This document shows positions 18,231-27,616 of a DNA stretch of 64,000 nt, piece after piece. Origin of the DNA: Candidatus Latescibacterota bacterium. Its GTDB lineage: Bacteria; Latescibacterota; UBA2968; UBA8231. The DNA lies in contig OZ241362.1 of assembly GCA_965200315.1 (NCBI GenBank), forward strand, positions 1,600,001 to 1,664,000, given 5' to 3'. Within the stretch, counting starts at the first letter, position 1, and each line of letters starts with the position of its first letter. The position numbers and the translations under genes were made by a program. A model generated the notes under the pieces. It worked only from the letters and a program-made list of their open reading frames with translations. It was not told the origin of the DNA and did no database searches.

Positions 18231-19592
18231 GTGGACTTTCGACTCAATGACGCCGAGATGCTCGCTTTTATCGTGCGAGGGTATCATATCTTCCATCCGG
18301 CTATCGACGCGGATATACACCAAGCAGTTTGCGCACAGACTCGCGCCGCCTTTGTCGAGGGCAAAAATCCCGGTAACGCCATCTACGAACGAGTCCCGGC
18401 ACTGGAGCAGGTATTGTCGCATCCGCAGGTGGTGGGGGCGCTGACGAGCATCTTGGGTGCGGATTATCAGATGCTCTGCCACCGCCATGCCCACCTGACC
18501 AAACCCGGCCAAGCAGCCGGCGGGTTTCACCAAGACGGGACGCCGCGGACCTTGCGGGGCTGGACTCGCCCCTGGCGCTATGGACACCGGCCGCGCAAGG
18601 TGCTGCTGGTGTACTTCCCCCATGCGGTGCCCAAAGAGTTGGGACCAACGACCTTGGTCCCTGGCTCTCAGTACTATCGGCAACGGCCCGAAGCAATGGA
18701 GGCTTTGGAATGCGGAGTCGAGGGCGAGGCCGGGGTAATGGCCATCTGCCACTTCTCGTCTTGGCATCGGGCCGGAGCTAATACGAGCGATACCGAGCGG
18801 ATCATGCTCAAATTTGTCTTCGACCGCCGGAGCGAACCGCACGAACCAAGCTGGAAGGCCGTAGCCTCCTACCATCCCGACTTTGCCGCAACCGTGCGCC
18901 AATGGTCGGCACTGCCCGACGGGCGCTTGTTGTGCCTGCCCAAGGCTTGGCAGACCATTTGGAATTGGCTTGGCGGCCGCGGGGCCGAACGGCTCGGCGG
19001 CTCGGAGGCGCTGGCACCGCTATTCAAAGGTTTGGCCTCTGAACAGGAGCACGAGGCCCTAGAGGCGGCCTATGGTCTGGGCGGACAAGTAGATACTGAC
19101 CAAGCACGGGCTTTAGTCGCCCGGATGCGCCACGGAGACGAGCAAGAGCGCGAGATGGCCGCGGTGGCGCTGAGTGCGGCAGGCCGCGTCGCCGTGGATG
19201 CGCTGCGCGAGGCGCTGGCAGCTCCCGATCCGTGGCTGCGAGCGATGGCCGCGGACATCGCGGGTGATCTGGGACGCGAAAGCCTAGCGCTAGTGCCCGA
19301 TATCGAGCGCGTCCTAGACGACGAAGATGTCTGGGTGCGGCACAATGCGCTACAGGCGCTAGCGCTATGGGGCCGGGAGGCGCACGGTGCGGAGGAGCGA
19401 GTAGTAGAGGCACTGACCGATGCCGAGCTTTTTGTCCGCTTCAACGCCCTCGGCGCACTGATGAGCATGCGTCCTTTGGATGCGCGGTGTGCTGAGTGGT
19501 TTAAGCACGTCGCCGCCACCGATGAAGCGCATCCCCAATGGCGGGCACAAGATGCGTTGGCGCGGTGGGACAACGCTGCGCTGCGCTATTAG
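18231..19592 (+). CDS. Phytanoyl-CoA dioxygenase-like domain fused to HEAT repeats
   Basis: FHQD and SWHRA Fe(II)/2OG motifs, GPTTLVPGSQ; C-terminal DEDVWVRHNA-type HEAT repeats. Confidence 0.8.
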   Translation: MDFRLNDAEMLAFIVRGYHIFHPAIDADIHQAVCAQTRAAFVEGKNPGNAIYERVPALEQVLSHPQVVGALTSILGADYQMLCHRHAHLTKPGQAAGGFHQDGTPRTLRGWTRPWRYGHRPRKVLLVYFPHAVPKELGPTTLVPGSQYYRQRPEAMEALECGVEGEAGVMAICHFSSWHRAGANTSDTERIMLKFVFDRRSEPHEPSWKAVASYHPDFAATVRQWSALPDGRLLCLPKAWQTIWNWLGGRGAERLGGSEALAPLFKGLASEQEHEALEAAYGLGGQVDTDQARALVARMRHGDEQEREMAAVALSAAGRVAVDALREALAAPDPWLRAMAADIAGDLGRESLALVPDIERVLDDEDVWVRHNALQALALWGREAHGAEERVVEALTDAELFVRFNALGALMSMRPLDARCAEWFKHVAATDEAHPQWRAQDALARWDNAALRY

Positions 19593-19612
19593 CTGCGCCG
19601 AAAGGAAAAATC

Positions 19613-21028
19613 ATGCACGAGCTCAACCTATTAAGAGCCGGGGCGTCGATGATCGACATCACCCCGCCCGCAGGTACGCATTTAGCAGGCAGCGGGGCTG
19701 GCGAGCACCGCCCGGCCCAAGCCGTGATGGATCCGCTCTTTGCCAAGGCTATCGTCTTTGAGGCCGGCGAGCAGCGCGTCTGCATGGTGATCTTGGATCT
19801 CACCATTGTCACCAGCGACTACACGGACCAAATCCGCGCCGCCATCAGCGAGCAAACGGACATCGCATCCGAGGCGATCATGGTCCAAGCGACCCAAACG
19901 CACTCCGCCCCGAGCCTCGGTTACTTCATGCTGGACCCAGATTTCCCATTGGAGACCACCGCCGAGACCGAGTATCTGCGCGGAGCCGAGCGCACCTACG
20001 GCGACCGGGTCGCTACTGCCGCAGCCGAAGCGGCAGTCGAAGCGGCGGACAAGCTGCAACCTGCACGCATCGGTTTGGGGCGCGGCGTGTTGGGGGATTT
20101 GGCCTTCAATCGCCGCGGCATACGCCGGGACGGCACCATCGCCATGCCCAAGCCACTAGGTCGGGAGCAGCAGCCGTTTGGGATCGCGGATGTCTGCTAC
20201 CTCGAAGGGCCGATGGACCCGGAAGTCGGCGTGTGCTGCGTCCAAGATATGAATATGAAGCCGCTGGCCTTTCTCCTGCACTACACCTGCCATCCGGTCA
20301 ATGCGTTTGGATATCCCGAGACCTACCGGGCCGTGTCGGCGGATTGGCCTGGCGCTTGGACGCGACAGATGCAGCAGCTATTCGGCTCTGACGCCGTGCC
20401 ATTGGTCGTCAACGGCTGTTGCGGCAACATCAACCCCTGGCATCCCTTTGACCCAGATTGCCGGCCGGATCACCAGAGAATGGGGCGCGAATTGGCCCAG
20501 ATGAGCGAACGAATCGTGCACAATATGGCATTTGCCAACGACGCGGCATTGGATTGTAGAGTCAAAAAGATCGGCCTGCCCTTGCGCGATATTCCGGCCA
20601 AGCGGTTGCGCGAGGTCAACGCGATTCTCGCTGAGAATCCGCAACCGCCGCGCAGAGCAAACGGCGAAGTGGATCCTCACTGGTTCCGGGCCGCATCGAC
20701 CCACAGCGTCGAACTATGCCGACAGCGAGACGGCGAGTTCCCCTATGAGATTCAGGCTTTCCGCATCGGCGACCTCGGCGTAATTGGCCTACCTGGGGAA
20801 CCTTTTGTCGAAGGACAACTCGCGCTCAAAACGAACTCAGCGGCCCCTTTTCTCTTTCCAGCGCACCTCACCACTCACTATGTCGGCTACCTGCCGACGC
20901 GAGCAGCCTATGCCCGAGGCGGACACGAGGCCAACGAAGACGTTACCTACTGGGCCAAGCTTGCCCCCGGCAGCCTCGAAACGGTCGTCGAACAGGCCCG
21001 GACGCTGGTAGAAGAATTATTCGCATGA
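19613..21028 (+). CDS. Neutral/alkaline ceramidase N-terminal-like hydrolase
   Basis: DITPP, ATQTHSAP, HYTCHP, SADWPG, NGCCGNINP, GEPFVE, VGYLPT. Confidence 0.75.
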   Translation: MHELNLLRAGASMIDITPPAGTHLAGSGAGEHRPAQAVMDPLFAKAIVFEAGEQRVCMVILDLTIVTSDYTDQIRAAISEQTDIASEAIMVQATQTHSAPSLGYFMLDPDFPLETTAETEYLRGAERTYGDRVATAAAEAAVEAADKLQPARIGLGRGVLGDLAFNRRGIRRDGTIAMPKPLGREQQPFGIADVCYLEGPMDPEVGVCCVQDMNMKPLAFLLHYTCHPVNAFGYPETYRAVSADWPGAWTRQMQQLFGSDAVPLVVNGCCGNINPWHPFDPDCRPDHQRMGRELAQMSERIVHNMAFANDAALDCRVKKIGLPLRDIPAKRLREVNAILAENPQPPRRANGEVDPHWFRAASTHSVELCRQRDGEFPYEIQAFRIGDLGVIGLPGEPFVEGQLALKTNSAAPFLFPAHLTTHYVGYLPTRAAYARGGHEANEDVTYWAKLAPGSLETVVEQARTLVEELFA

Positions 21029-23082
21029 ACCATTTATCAAACGCATCCCTCGTCGCCGCAATAACCCTATTCATTGGTGCGGTCCCCTCCTTGGCTGAAG
21101 AAGGAATGCAGCCGCGAGTCGCGATCATCACTGGCGAATTTCGGGAGCCCCGCTCGCGGGAAATCGGAATCCAATACGACTCTGCTCTGTCCCCGGCGCA
21201 GACTACGTCCCGCATCGTCCTAGACGAGCAGAACCGCTTCTCCCTCTCAGTGCCCACTGCTTGGGGGACCCTCGTCATCGGACGGTACGAAAGCGGGTTC
21301 CCTAGCTTGTGGCAGCTACTGAAATTCATGGTCTTTGACAAGCGAGATCTGTTCACCTTCTATGTCGAACCCGGCGACAGTTTGCACATCGTCGTGAAGG
21401 AGGGCTTTTTCGGGCCTTCCTATTCGTTTAGCGGCTCAGGAGCCGACAATAACCGCTTCGTGGTCGAATGGATGTCCGAATTCGGTCCCTTCAGTCTAGA
21501 CTACAAGGCGCTAGAAATCGCGGATTTCAAGCGCCAAATAGATCAGCGGCGGCAAGACCAGTTCGAGTTTCTGGGCGAGGGACGCGAGGAATACGCACTC
21601 ACCCCGGGATTTGTCGATTATGCTACGGCATTCATCAATTACGAATGGGCCCAACGCATGGTTTCCTACCCGAGGCGTTACTATCGCGCCAATGGACGCA
21701 AGAACAAAGCTATTGTGCCGGCCTACTACGACTTCCTGCTAGATGTTCCTCTAGCGGACGAAAAGGCCATAGGCACGCCAGATTATGACACATTTGTGGG
21801 GCTTGCGCTCGACTGGTTTGCAAAGATGGAAAAGGAAGATAGAGAGGAACGCAAATTTCCTGCCATGTCTAAGCGGCTGAAACTGTCACAGTACGGCTTG
21901 TCGGATTCGGCCCAAGCTCGATTTGATTCAATCTACCAAAAGAACAACGCTCCTATCCTAGGCCTGTCACAGCGAATCGATTTGTCTCGGTACGGTCTGT
22001 CGGATTCGCTCCAAGCGCAGCTCGATTCAAGTTACGAAAAGGCCGAAAAACCAAAACTGTCCGAACAATTCGACTTGGCGCGGCTGGGCGCGTCGCAAGC
22101 AAAGCAAGCCCGCCTCGACTCGCTGTATGCACAGACCAGATCCTTTAGGGAAAGTACCTATCCAAGTGAAGACGCGCCGAGAGTCGATACTACGGACGGA
22201 AAGGTGGTCTTTCACCTCGCCAAAAAAGGACAGTGGCAAGATTTCGCCAAGACGCGCAAGCTATCCGAGAAAATCGATATGTCGGGATTGGGTCTGTCGG
22301 ATTCGCTCCAAGCGCAGCTCGATTCAAGTTACGCAAACCACAAATCTCGTAAGCTGTCGGACATCATCGATCTAGCGCAGTTCGATTTGTCGGCAACAGC
22401 TCAAGCCCGCCTCGACTCGCTGTTCGCCGAACCACTAGGCTGGACGACCTATGATTTTGCGCAGCGATATGACCAAGCGAAAAAATCCATGGAGGGGCGG
22501 GTGCTATACTGGTATCTGGCTGGGCAGGTAATCAAGGGATTTGAGGGTGGTAGCGAGCAATTTGAGCGAGCCCGCGAAAAGTGGGAGGATTTCAAGAAAA
22601 TCAACCCGTACCCAGAATACACCGCGGAGATCGCAGCGGCGTTGCACAAGGCCCTTCGTCTGCGCCCTCGGCAACCTGCCCCCGATTTTACCCTCTCCGA
22701 CCTCGACGGCCAACCAGTATCCCTGAGTCAGTTCAAAGAGAAGGCGGTATTCTTGGATTTCTGGGCAAGTTGGTGCGGACCGTGTATCAGTAACTTGGCT
22801 TTTCTCCGGCAGATCAAAGCGCAAATGGCTGACCAGCAGGTCGTGTTCCTCAATATCTCGTTGGACGAAAGCGATTCCGCTTGGCGCAAGGCCATCGCCG
22901 AACACGGGATCAAAGGCGTCCACGTGCGGGCGCACGGATGGGGATCCGAAGTGGCGAAAAGCTATAACGTGACGAGGCTGCCCGAGTACTATATAGTGGA
23001 CGCGCAGGGATTGATTGCGGAGCATCCATCTACAGTACGCGATACAGACGAGATTATAGCAACGATCGAAAAGAGCTTGTGA
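21025..23082 (+). CDS. Secreted TlpA/ResA-family thiol-disulfide oxidoreductase with internal repeats
   Basis: Signal peptide; C-terminal APDFTL..LDFWASWCGPC; five central repeats of about 25-30 aa. Confidence 0.85.
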   Translation: MNHLSNASLVAAITLFIGAVPSLAEEGMQPRVAIITGEFREPRSREIGIQYDSALSPAQTTSRIVLDEQNRFSLSVPTAWGTLVIGRYESGFPSLWQLLKFMVFDKRDLFTFYVEPGDSLHIVVKEGFFGPSYSFSGSGADNNRFVVEWMSEFGPFSLDYKALEIADFKRQIDQRRQDQFEFLGEGREEYALTPGFVDYATAFINYEWAQRMVSYPRRYYRANGRKNKAIVPAYYDFLLDVPLADEKAIGTPDYDTFVGLALDWFAKMEKEDREERKFPAMSKRLKLSQYGLSDSAQARFDSIYQKNNAPILGLSQRIDLSRYGLSDSLQAQLDSSYEKAEKPKLSEQFDLARLGASQAKQARLDSLYAQTRSFRESTYPSEDAPRVDTTDGKVVFHLAKKGQWQDFAKTRKLSEKIDMSGLGLSDSLQAQLDSSYANHKSRKLSDIIDLAQFDLSATAQARLDSLFAEPLGWTTYDFAQRYDQAKKSMEGRVLYWYLAGQVIKGFEGGSEQFERAREKWEDFKKINPYPEYTAEIAAALHKALRLRPRQPAPDFTLSDLDGQPVSLSQFKEKAVFLDFWASWCGPCISNLAFLRQIKAQMADQQVVFLNISLDESDSAWRKAIAEHGIKGVHVRAHGWGSEVAKSYNVTRLPEYYIVDAQGLIAEHPSTVRDTDEIIATIEKSL

Positions 23083-23138
23083 AGGAGAAAGACAGGCGTT
23101 TACGTGCGGGTAGATGGGAACCAAGTTTCTAAACAGCG

Positions 23139-23810
23139 CTAGTCGCTAAACGCCTTGAACGCTAGCCCGGCAATCGCTAAGATCGTCGTTATCTGGAGCG
23201 GCACAACCCAGCGGTATAATCGGTCAATTTTGGTCTCCAGCGACTCCCGAGTAGCGTCGATTTTACCGTCCAGTGCCGCATGGGTGGCGTCGATTTTGGT
23301 CTCCAGCGACTCCCGAGTGGTGTCAATTTTGCCGTCCAATGCCGCATGGGTGGCGTCAATTTTACCGTCCAGTGCCACGCGATTAGCGTCAATTTTGGTC
23401 TCCAGCGACTCCCGAGTAGCGTCAATTTTGCCGTCCAGTGCCGCATGGGTGGCGTCAATTTTACCGTCCAGTGCCACGCGATTAGCGTCAATTTTGGTCT
23501 CCAGCGACTCCCGAGTAGCGTCGATTTTGCCGTCCAGTGCCGCATGGGTGGCGTCGATTTTGGTCTCCAGCGACTCCCGAGTAGCGTCAATTTTGCCATC
23601 GAGCCCCTCACGGGTGGCGTCGATTTTGCCGTCCAGTGCCACGCGATTAGCGTTAATTTCGCCATCGAGCCCCTCCCGCGTCGCGTCGATTTTGGTTTCG
23701 ATGCGCCCTAGCCGCACGTCGATTTGCTCGACAATGCCCTCCAGCCGGGCGATGCGCCCCTCGTGGTCTAATGGATACGGACGCTCTGGCGGCGGATGGT
23801 GCTCACTCAC
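23139..23810 (-). CDS. Coiled-coil protein with 11-residue repeats and C-terminal TM anchor (DUF1640/CCDC90-like)
   Basis: GAGGAGG RBS before GTG; 14 x 11-aa units; terminal RWVVPLQITTILAIAGLAF. Confidence 0.8.
   Translation of the reverse strand: MSEHHPPPERPYPLDHEGRIARLEGIVEQIDVRLGRIETKIDATREGLDGEINANRVALDGKIDATREGLDGKIDATRESLETKIDATHAALDGKIDATRESLETKIDANRVALDGKIDATHAALDGKIDATRESLETKIDANRVALDGKIDATHAALDGKIDTTRESLETKIDATHAALDGKIDATRESLETKIDRLYRWVVPLQITTILAIAGLAFKAFSD
23232..23693 (-). repeat. Intragenic 33-bp tandem repeat, 14 units of four variant types
   Basis: Units encode KIDATRESLET, KIDATHAALDG, KIDANRVALDG and KIDATREGLDG. Confidence 0.95.
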
Positions 23811-23867
23811 GATCCGACCTCCTCGGTGTTAAAGCGTGAACAGCGCGAAACCCCCTGCACCGGATAT

Positions 23868-23961
23868 TGCAAGATCCATGCCACGGCGACCGTGCAGTGG
23901 GGAGGACGGGGCCGTGCGGGTCAGACTGTATCGGGCACAACCCATCCATGAGACCTTTAGG
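23868..23961 (-). promoter_or_regulatory. 94-bp conserved module ending in a sigma-54 -24/-12 promoter (copy A)
   Basis: TGGCATGGATCTTGCA at 23883-23868; 72/94 ungapped identity to 40540-40633. Confidence 0.75.
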
Positions 23962-24059
23962 AAGCACCCTCTAAGGGTAGTGAGTCGGGTTGAAAATTTC
24001 AATCCCTTGGTAAAGCTGGGTATCCACGGGTGATCAACTATATGGATGCTCCCACCTCG

Positions 24060-25091
24060 TCAGCTACTAAACCCAATTTCGCGCTCCCCCCTGTCGGCCG
24101 CCTCCTGAATGCGAATGACGTTACGCGTCGAGTGCAGTACCGCAGCGGTGTCGAGGCCGTTGGTGGGCACTTCGCCGGCGATATCGTCGAGGAAGGAGCG
24201 CAGGTAGCCGCCCCGTTGAGCCGGGGGTAGCGGCTCGACATGCACGGTGGCGTCTTCCCTGCCGAGCACTTGAATATCCTTGGCCGTAGTCGCAGTCTCG
24301 ATTACTCCATCCCTTCCCCAAAACGCAGTTCGCCAGTAATAGGGCATCGTATAGCCCGCCCTATCGGGTGCGAAGTACGACACGTCGCCTAAGACCCCGC
24401 AGCCGTTGTCCATCTCCAGCATCATCTGCCCGGCATCCTGCATGTGAAGGTCTTGGGGAACAAAGGCCCGCCAGCAGCGGGCGGCGTTGATTTTCGCCCA
24501 CTGGCGGCCTGTGACCCAAGGCAAAGCGTCGATGGCGTGGATGCCAATATCGGTGATGGTGCCGCCGTGCTTGCCCTGTTCAAAATACCAGCCGGGCCGC
24601 TCGCCCAAGAGCAGCGGGTGTTGGCCACCAAAAGCGATGGCGTGAACTTCGCCAATGCGGCCGGCTTGGATCAGGTTGCGCGCGCCGATAAACGCAGCCG
24701 CATCGCGCATGGTCAACATGCAGCCGACTTTGAGGTTTTTCTCGTGCGCCAGCACCTCAATGCGGTCGAGATCGGCCATCCGAGTACACAGAGGTTTGTC
24801 GCTGATAACGTGTTTGCCGCGGGCGAGGGCTTCGATTAGCACGGGGCCGCGACCGGCGAAATAGGTGCCAGTCGCGACAATATCGCAGTCCACCTCGTCG
24901 AGCATCTGCTCGATCCGGTCGTGGGTGATTGCGGCAGTGCCCTTTGCGTGGATTTCGGCGCACGTCTCCGCGTGTTCCTCGCACGCAGCTACCACTTCGA
25001 GTGCGGGCGAGGCGCAGGCTAGTGAGTAGAGGTCGAAAATGTGACCGTGGCAGAAGCCGGCGAAGGCAATTTTGTGAGGGGCTTCACTCAT
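24060..25091 (-). CDS. Gfo/Idh/MocA family oxidoreductase
   Basis: GKHVISDKPL, GGTITDIGIHAID. Confidence 0.88.
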   Translation of the reverse strand: MSEAPHKIAFAGFCHGHIFDLYSLACASPALEVVAACEEHAETCAEIHAKGTAAITHDRIEQMLDEVDCDIVATGTYFAGRGPVLIEALARGKHVISDKPLCTRMADLDRIEVLAHEKNLKVGCMLTMRDAAAFIGARNLIQAGRIGEVHAIAFGGQHPLLLGERPGWYFEQGKHGGTITDIGIHAIDALPWVTGRQWAKINAARCWRAFVPQDLHMQDAGQMMLEMDNGCGVLGDVSYFAPDRAGYTMPYYWRTAFWGRDGVIETATTAKDIQVLGREDATVHVEPLPPAQRGGYLRSFLDDIAGEVPTNGLDTAAVLHSTRNVIRIQEAADRGEREIGFSS

Positions 25092-25103
25092 CCCTACCTC
25101 TGA

Positions 25104-25236
25104 TCACGATTCCTCTTCCTCGTCGCCGTACGAGTGCCCGCCGAAAATGGCCCGCAGTTCGGCCGCGGAGGTGGCTTGGCGCATCTGGGCCATGCGCACG
25201 GCCTCGTGTTTTTGCAGAGCGCGGACGTTTTCCAGC
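25104..25236 (-). repeat. Displaced duplicate of the last 133 bp of the RraA-like gene
   Basis: 129/133 identical to 25616-25748, including the stop codon. Confidence 0.93.
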
Positions 25237-25246
25237 CACAGACCAG

Positions 25247-25534
25247 CTAGCCGAACAGTTTTAAGGCCCCGATTAGGCCCCACGTCGCCACGTGCAGGGC
25301 AATGACCCACCGCAAGAGCTCTTTGCGCGTGTCGCCAATGGCTTGGCGGTTGGCGTCAAGCTTCGTTTCAAGCTCTTTGCGCGTGTCGCCAATGGCTTGG
25401 CGGTTGGCGTCAAGCTTCGTTTCGACGCGACCTAGCCGGACATCGACTTGCTCAATAATACCTTCGAGTCGGGCGATGCGCCCTTCGTGATCTAACGGAT
25501 AGGGCCGCTCCGGCGGCAAAGAGGGCTCAGTCAT
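25247..25534 (-). CDS. Short paralog of the coiled-coil/TM protein with two 18-aa repeats
   Basis: Shares head PPERPYPLDHEGRIARLEGI with 23139-23810; 54-bp tandem duplication at 25317-25424; AAGGAG RBS. Confidence 0.8.
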   Translation of the reverse strand: MTEPSLPPERPYPLDHEGRIARLEGIIEQVDVRLGRVETKLDANRQAIGDTRKELETKLDANRQAIGDTRKELLRWVIALHVATWGLIGALKLFG

Positions 25535-25615
25535 AATCGAAGCTCCTTTTAATACTTAGAGAATATAGGGACCGGTGGTTAGAATCATAGGGGTACTCAT
25601 ATCAAGCACCGTGTC

Positions 25616-26344
25616 TCACGATTCCTCTTCCTCGTCGCCGTACGAGTGCCCGCCGAAAATGGCCCGCAGTTCGGCCGCGGAGGTGGCTTGGCGCATCTGG
25701 GCCATGCGCTCGGCCTCGTGTTTTTGCAGGGCGCACACGTTTTCCAGCACCGCGCTGAGCTTGTCGGCGGGGAATTTCACCGCGCCGTTTTCATCCATGT
25801 GGATGATCTCGCCGGGTGCCACGTCCATGCTGGCGACCGAGACCGGCACATTGACCGCGTGGATGGCTTGGGCACCGTGACCCGCGGTGACGCCGCTGAG
25901 CAAGTACTGGAACTTCATCGGGCGAATCTCGTCGATGTCGCGCGAGGGCCCGTTGGAAATCGCGCCGACGCAGCCAATGGCCTGCATGGCCGTGGTCATG
26001 TTGCCGCCGGCTAGGCCGACCTTGCCTTGGATTTCGGGCGGGAATTTCTGCTGGAAGACCAAGATCGTCGGCTTGGGCGAGGCGTCGAGGGCGTCGAGAA
26101 CGTCCATGAAGCTAACGCCATTGTAATTGGGGTCGGGCAGGCCGTAGGTGCAAGTGACCGCGTAGCCGACCGTGGGGCCGAGCTCGGGATACATACAGCG
26201 CAGCGACTGATCGGTGTACCAGTTTTCGCTCCAGGGATTGTATAGCCCCAAGCACAAGGGATCGCCCGGATAGGTGGCGACGACATTGGTAATGGAAGGC
26301 GTGTCGAAGTTTTTCAGCTCGTCGAGCATTTCTTGTTCAGTCAT
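25616..26344 (-). CDS. RraA/HMG aldolase-like family protein
   Basis: FDTPSITN, VGYAVT, GAISNGPSRDIDE, VAPGEIIHMDENG. Confidence 0.85.
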   Translation of the reverse strand: MTEQEMLDELKNFDTPSITNVVATYPGDPLCLGLYNPWSENWYTDQSLRCMYPELGPTVGYAVTCTYGLPDPNYNGVSFMDVLDALDASPKPTILVFQQKFPPEIQGKVGLAGGNMTTAMQAIGCVGAISNGPSRDIDEIRPMKFQYLLSGVTAGHGAQAIHAVNVPVSVASMDVAPGEIIHMDENGAVKFPADKLSAVLENVCALQKHEAERMAQMRQATSAAELRAIFGGHSYGDEEEES

Positions 26345-26777
26345 TAGAAGCTCCTGATTGGGTAATAGAAAAGATCAACCCGCGTCCATCGCGTTCCTCA
26401 TTTTGCACACGGTAAAATAGATGCGCAGAGATAATGAGCATCGCGAGTACGATCGCAAGTTTGCCGCCTAGTAAGTCCCCAACGAACAAGGCTGGCAAGG
26501 TCGCTATAATTCCGCTGATTAATGCCGCGCTGTACAGCAGGAAAACGTGCCACCACTTAAAATGCCAACGGCTCAGAGCACTTCCTCCTTGCGTCGTCGC
26601 TTTCTTCTTTAGTGCATGATAAAAGAGGATAGCAGATGCGAAGAGCATCGCGAGGCCGATCAAATAGGCACCTATTACGCCTATCTCACTCTCAGTAATG
26701 GCCGTCACAGCATTGATGATGATCAGCGCACCATACAGTGCGAAAAAATGCCACCGCTCAACGTTCCAATGGCTCAT
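26337..26777 (-). CDS. Small 4-TM membrane protein with internal duplication
   Basis: AGGAG RBS; halves begin SHWNVERWHFFALY and SRWHFKWWHVFLLY; AT-richer than neighbours. Confidence 0.6.
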   Translation of the reverse strand: MSHWNVERWHFFALYGALIIINAVTAITESEIGVIGAYLIGLAMLFASAILFYHALKKKATTQGGSALSRWHFKWWHVFLLYSAALISGIIATLPALFVGDLLGGKLAIVLAMLIISAHLFYRVQNEERDGRGLIFSITQSGASND

Positions 26778-26803
26778 GGCAATCGCTCCTATTTACAGTG
26801 GTT

Positions 26804-27616
26804 CTAGTGCTGATCGCGGCGCGGCAATATCGGCTGATTCTTCAGCTCGCGGATTAGCTCTACAAGCCCCTCGGTCGCCGCTGCTAAAAACTTTTCGCCC
26901 TTTTCCTTGGTAGCTTTAGTCGCGTCGCCTACTACCCCGCTGGCCGTCTGCTGGCTCCAGTAGGGTATCAGCCGCGCACCCGATCCCTCGGGGTGCGTGC
27001 CACCCAACAGGTCGGTGCGGAAACTCGGCGACAGCGGCGAGCGCTCGTCAACGGCCTTGTCCATTTCCACGAGTTCCGGCTTGAGCGCGAGATAGAGCGA
27101 GGTTTCGTATTCGCCACCGTGCGAAGTTCCGCCGTAGGACGAGTCGCGCAGTTCGTTGCCCACGGTCTTGGCGCGGCGTATATCCCAGTGATTGACCGAG
27201 GCGCAGAGGATCTGGCCCTCGTACTCGAGGACGGTGAGGCGGGCCGCCAAGTCGAGCGGCGAGGTGTTGGAGCCGTGGCCATTGACGAGGAGGATGCGCT
27301 TAAAGCCGTGGTGGGCCAAGCTGCAACACACGTCCTTGACGTAGCGGATAAAGGTGTCCCACTCAATAGTCAGGGTGCCGTGGAAATCCATGTGGTGCGG
27401 ACTGTAGCCGTGGGTGACGGGCGGGGCGAGCACGGCTTCTTCCGGGATGCGAGCCACGGCGCGCTCGCAGATGCCGTGGCACAGCACCACGTCCGTATCC
27501 ACCGGCAGATGCGGGCCGTGGTCTTCGTGGGTGGCAACGGGCAGCACGGCCACGCGGCCAGCGGCCGCGGCGTCACGGGTCTCGTTCCAGATCATTTCAG
27601 CGTAGCGATATTTCAC
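26804..27616 (-). CDS. Creatininase family amidohydrolase
   Basis: EDHGPHLPVDTD, SPHH, NGHGSN, HGGEYETS, GVVGDA. Confidence 0.9.
   Translation of the reverse strand: MKYRYAEMIWNETRDAAAAGRVAVLPVATHEDHGPHLPVDTDVVLCHGICERAVARIPEEAVLAPPVTHGYSPHHMDFHGTLTIEWDTFIRYVKDVCCSLAHHGFKRILLVNGHGSNTSPLDLAARLTVLEYEGQILCASVNHWDIRRAKTVGNELRDSSYGGTSHGGEYETSLYLALKPELVEMDKAVDERSPLSPSFRTDLLGGTHPEGSGARLIPYWSQQTASGVVGDATKATKEKGEKFLAAATEGLVELIRELKNQPILPRRDQH

Noticed and set aside
23232-23693. 33-bp repeat array as a possible CRISPR
   Set aside because: Units are contiguous with no unique spacers, stay in frame in a coiled-coil gene, and no cas genes are present.
23155-23832. 225-aa antisense ORF and other frames over the repeat gene
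   Set aside because: They are open only because the repeat lacks stops. The minus frame has the RBS, TM anchor and a paralog.
23965-24040. Palindromes ACCCT-CTA-AGGGT and GGGTTGAAAATTTCAATCCC upstream of module A
   Set aside because: Not shared with module B, and cannot be told apart from REP or terminator remnants.
25104-25310. 68-aa ORF ending GGHSYGDEEES
   Set aside because: It is a by-product of the duplicated RraA 3' end, overlaps the 95-aa gene and has no RBS.
25104-25748. Near-identical repeat pair as a DGR template/variable region
   Set aside because: Only four mismatches, not consistently at template adenines, and no reverse transcriptase in the window.
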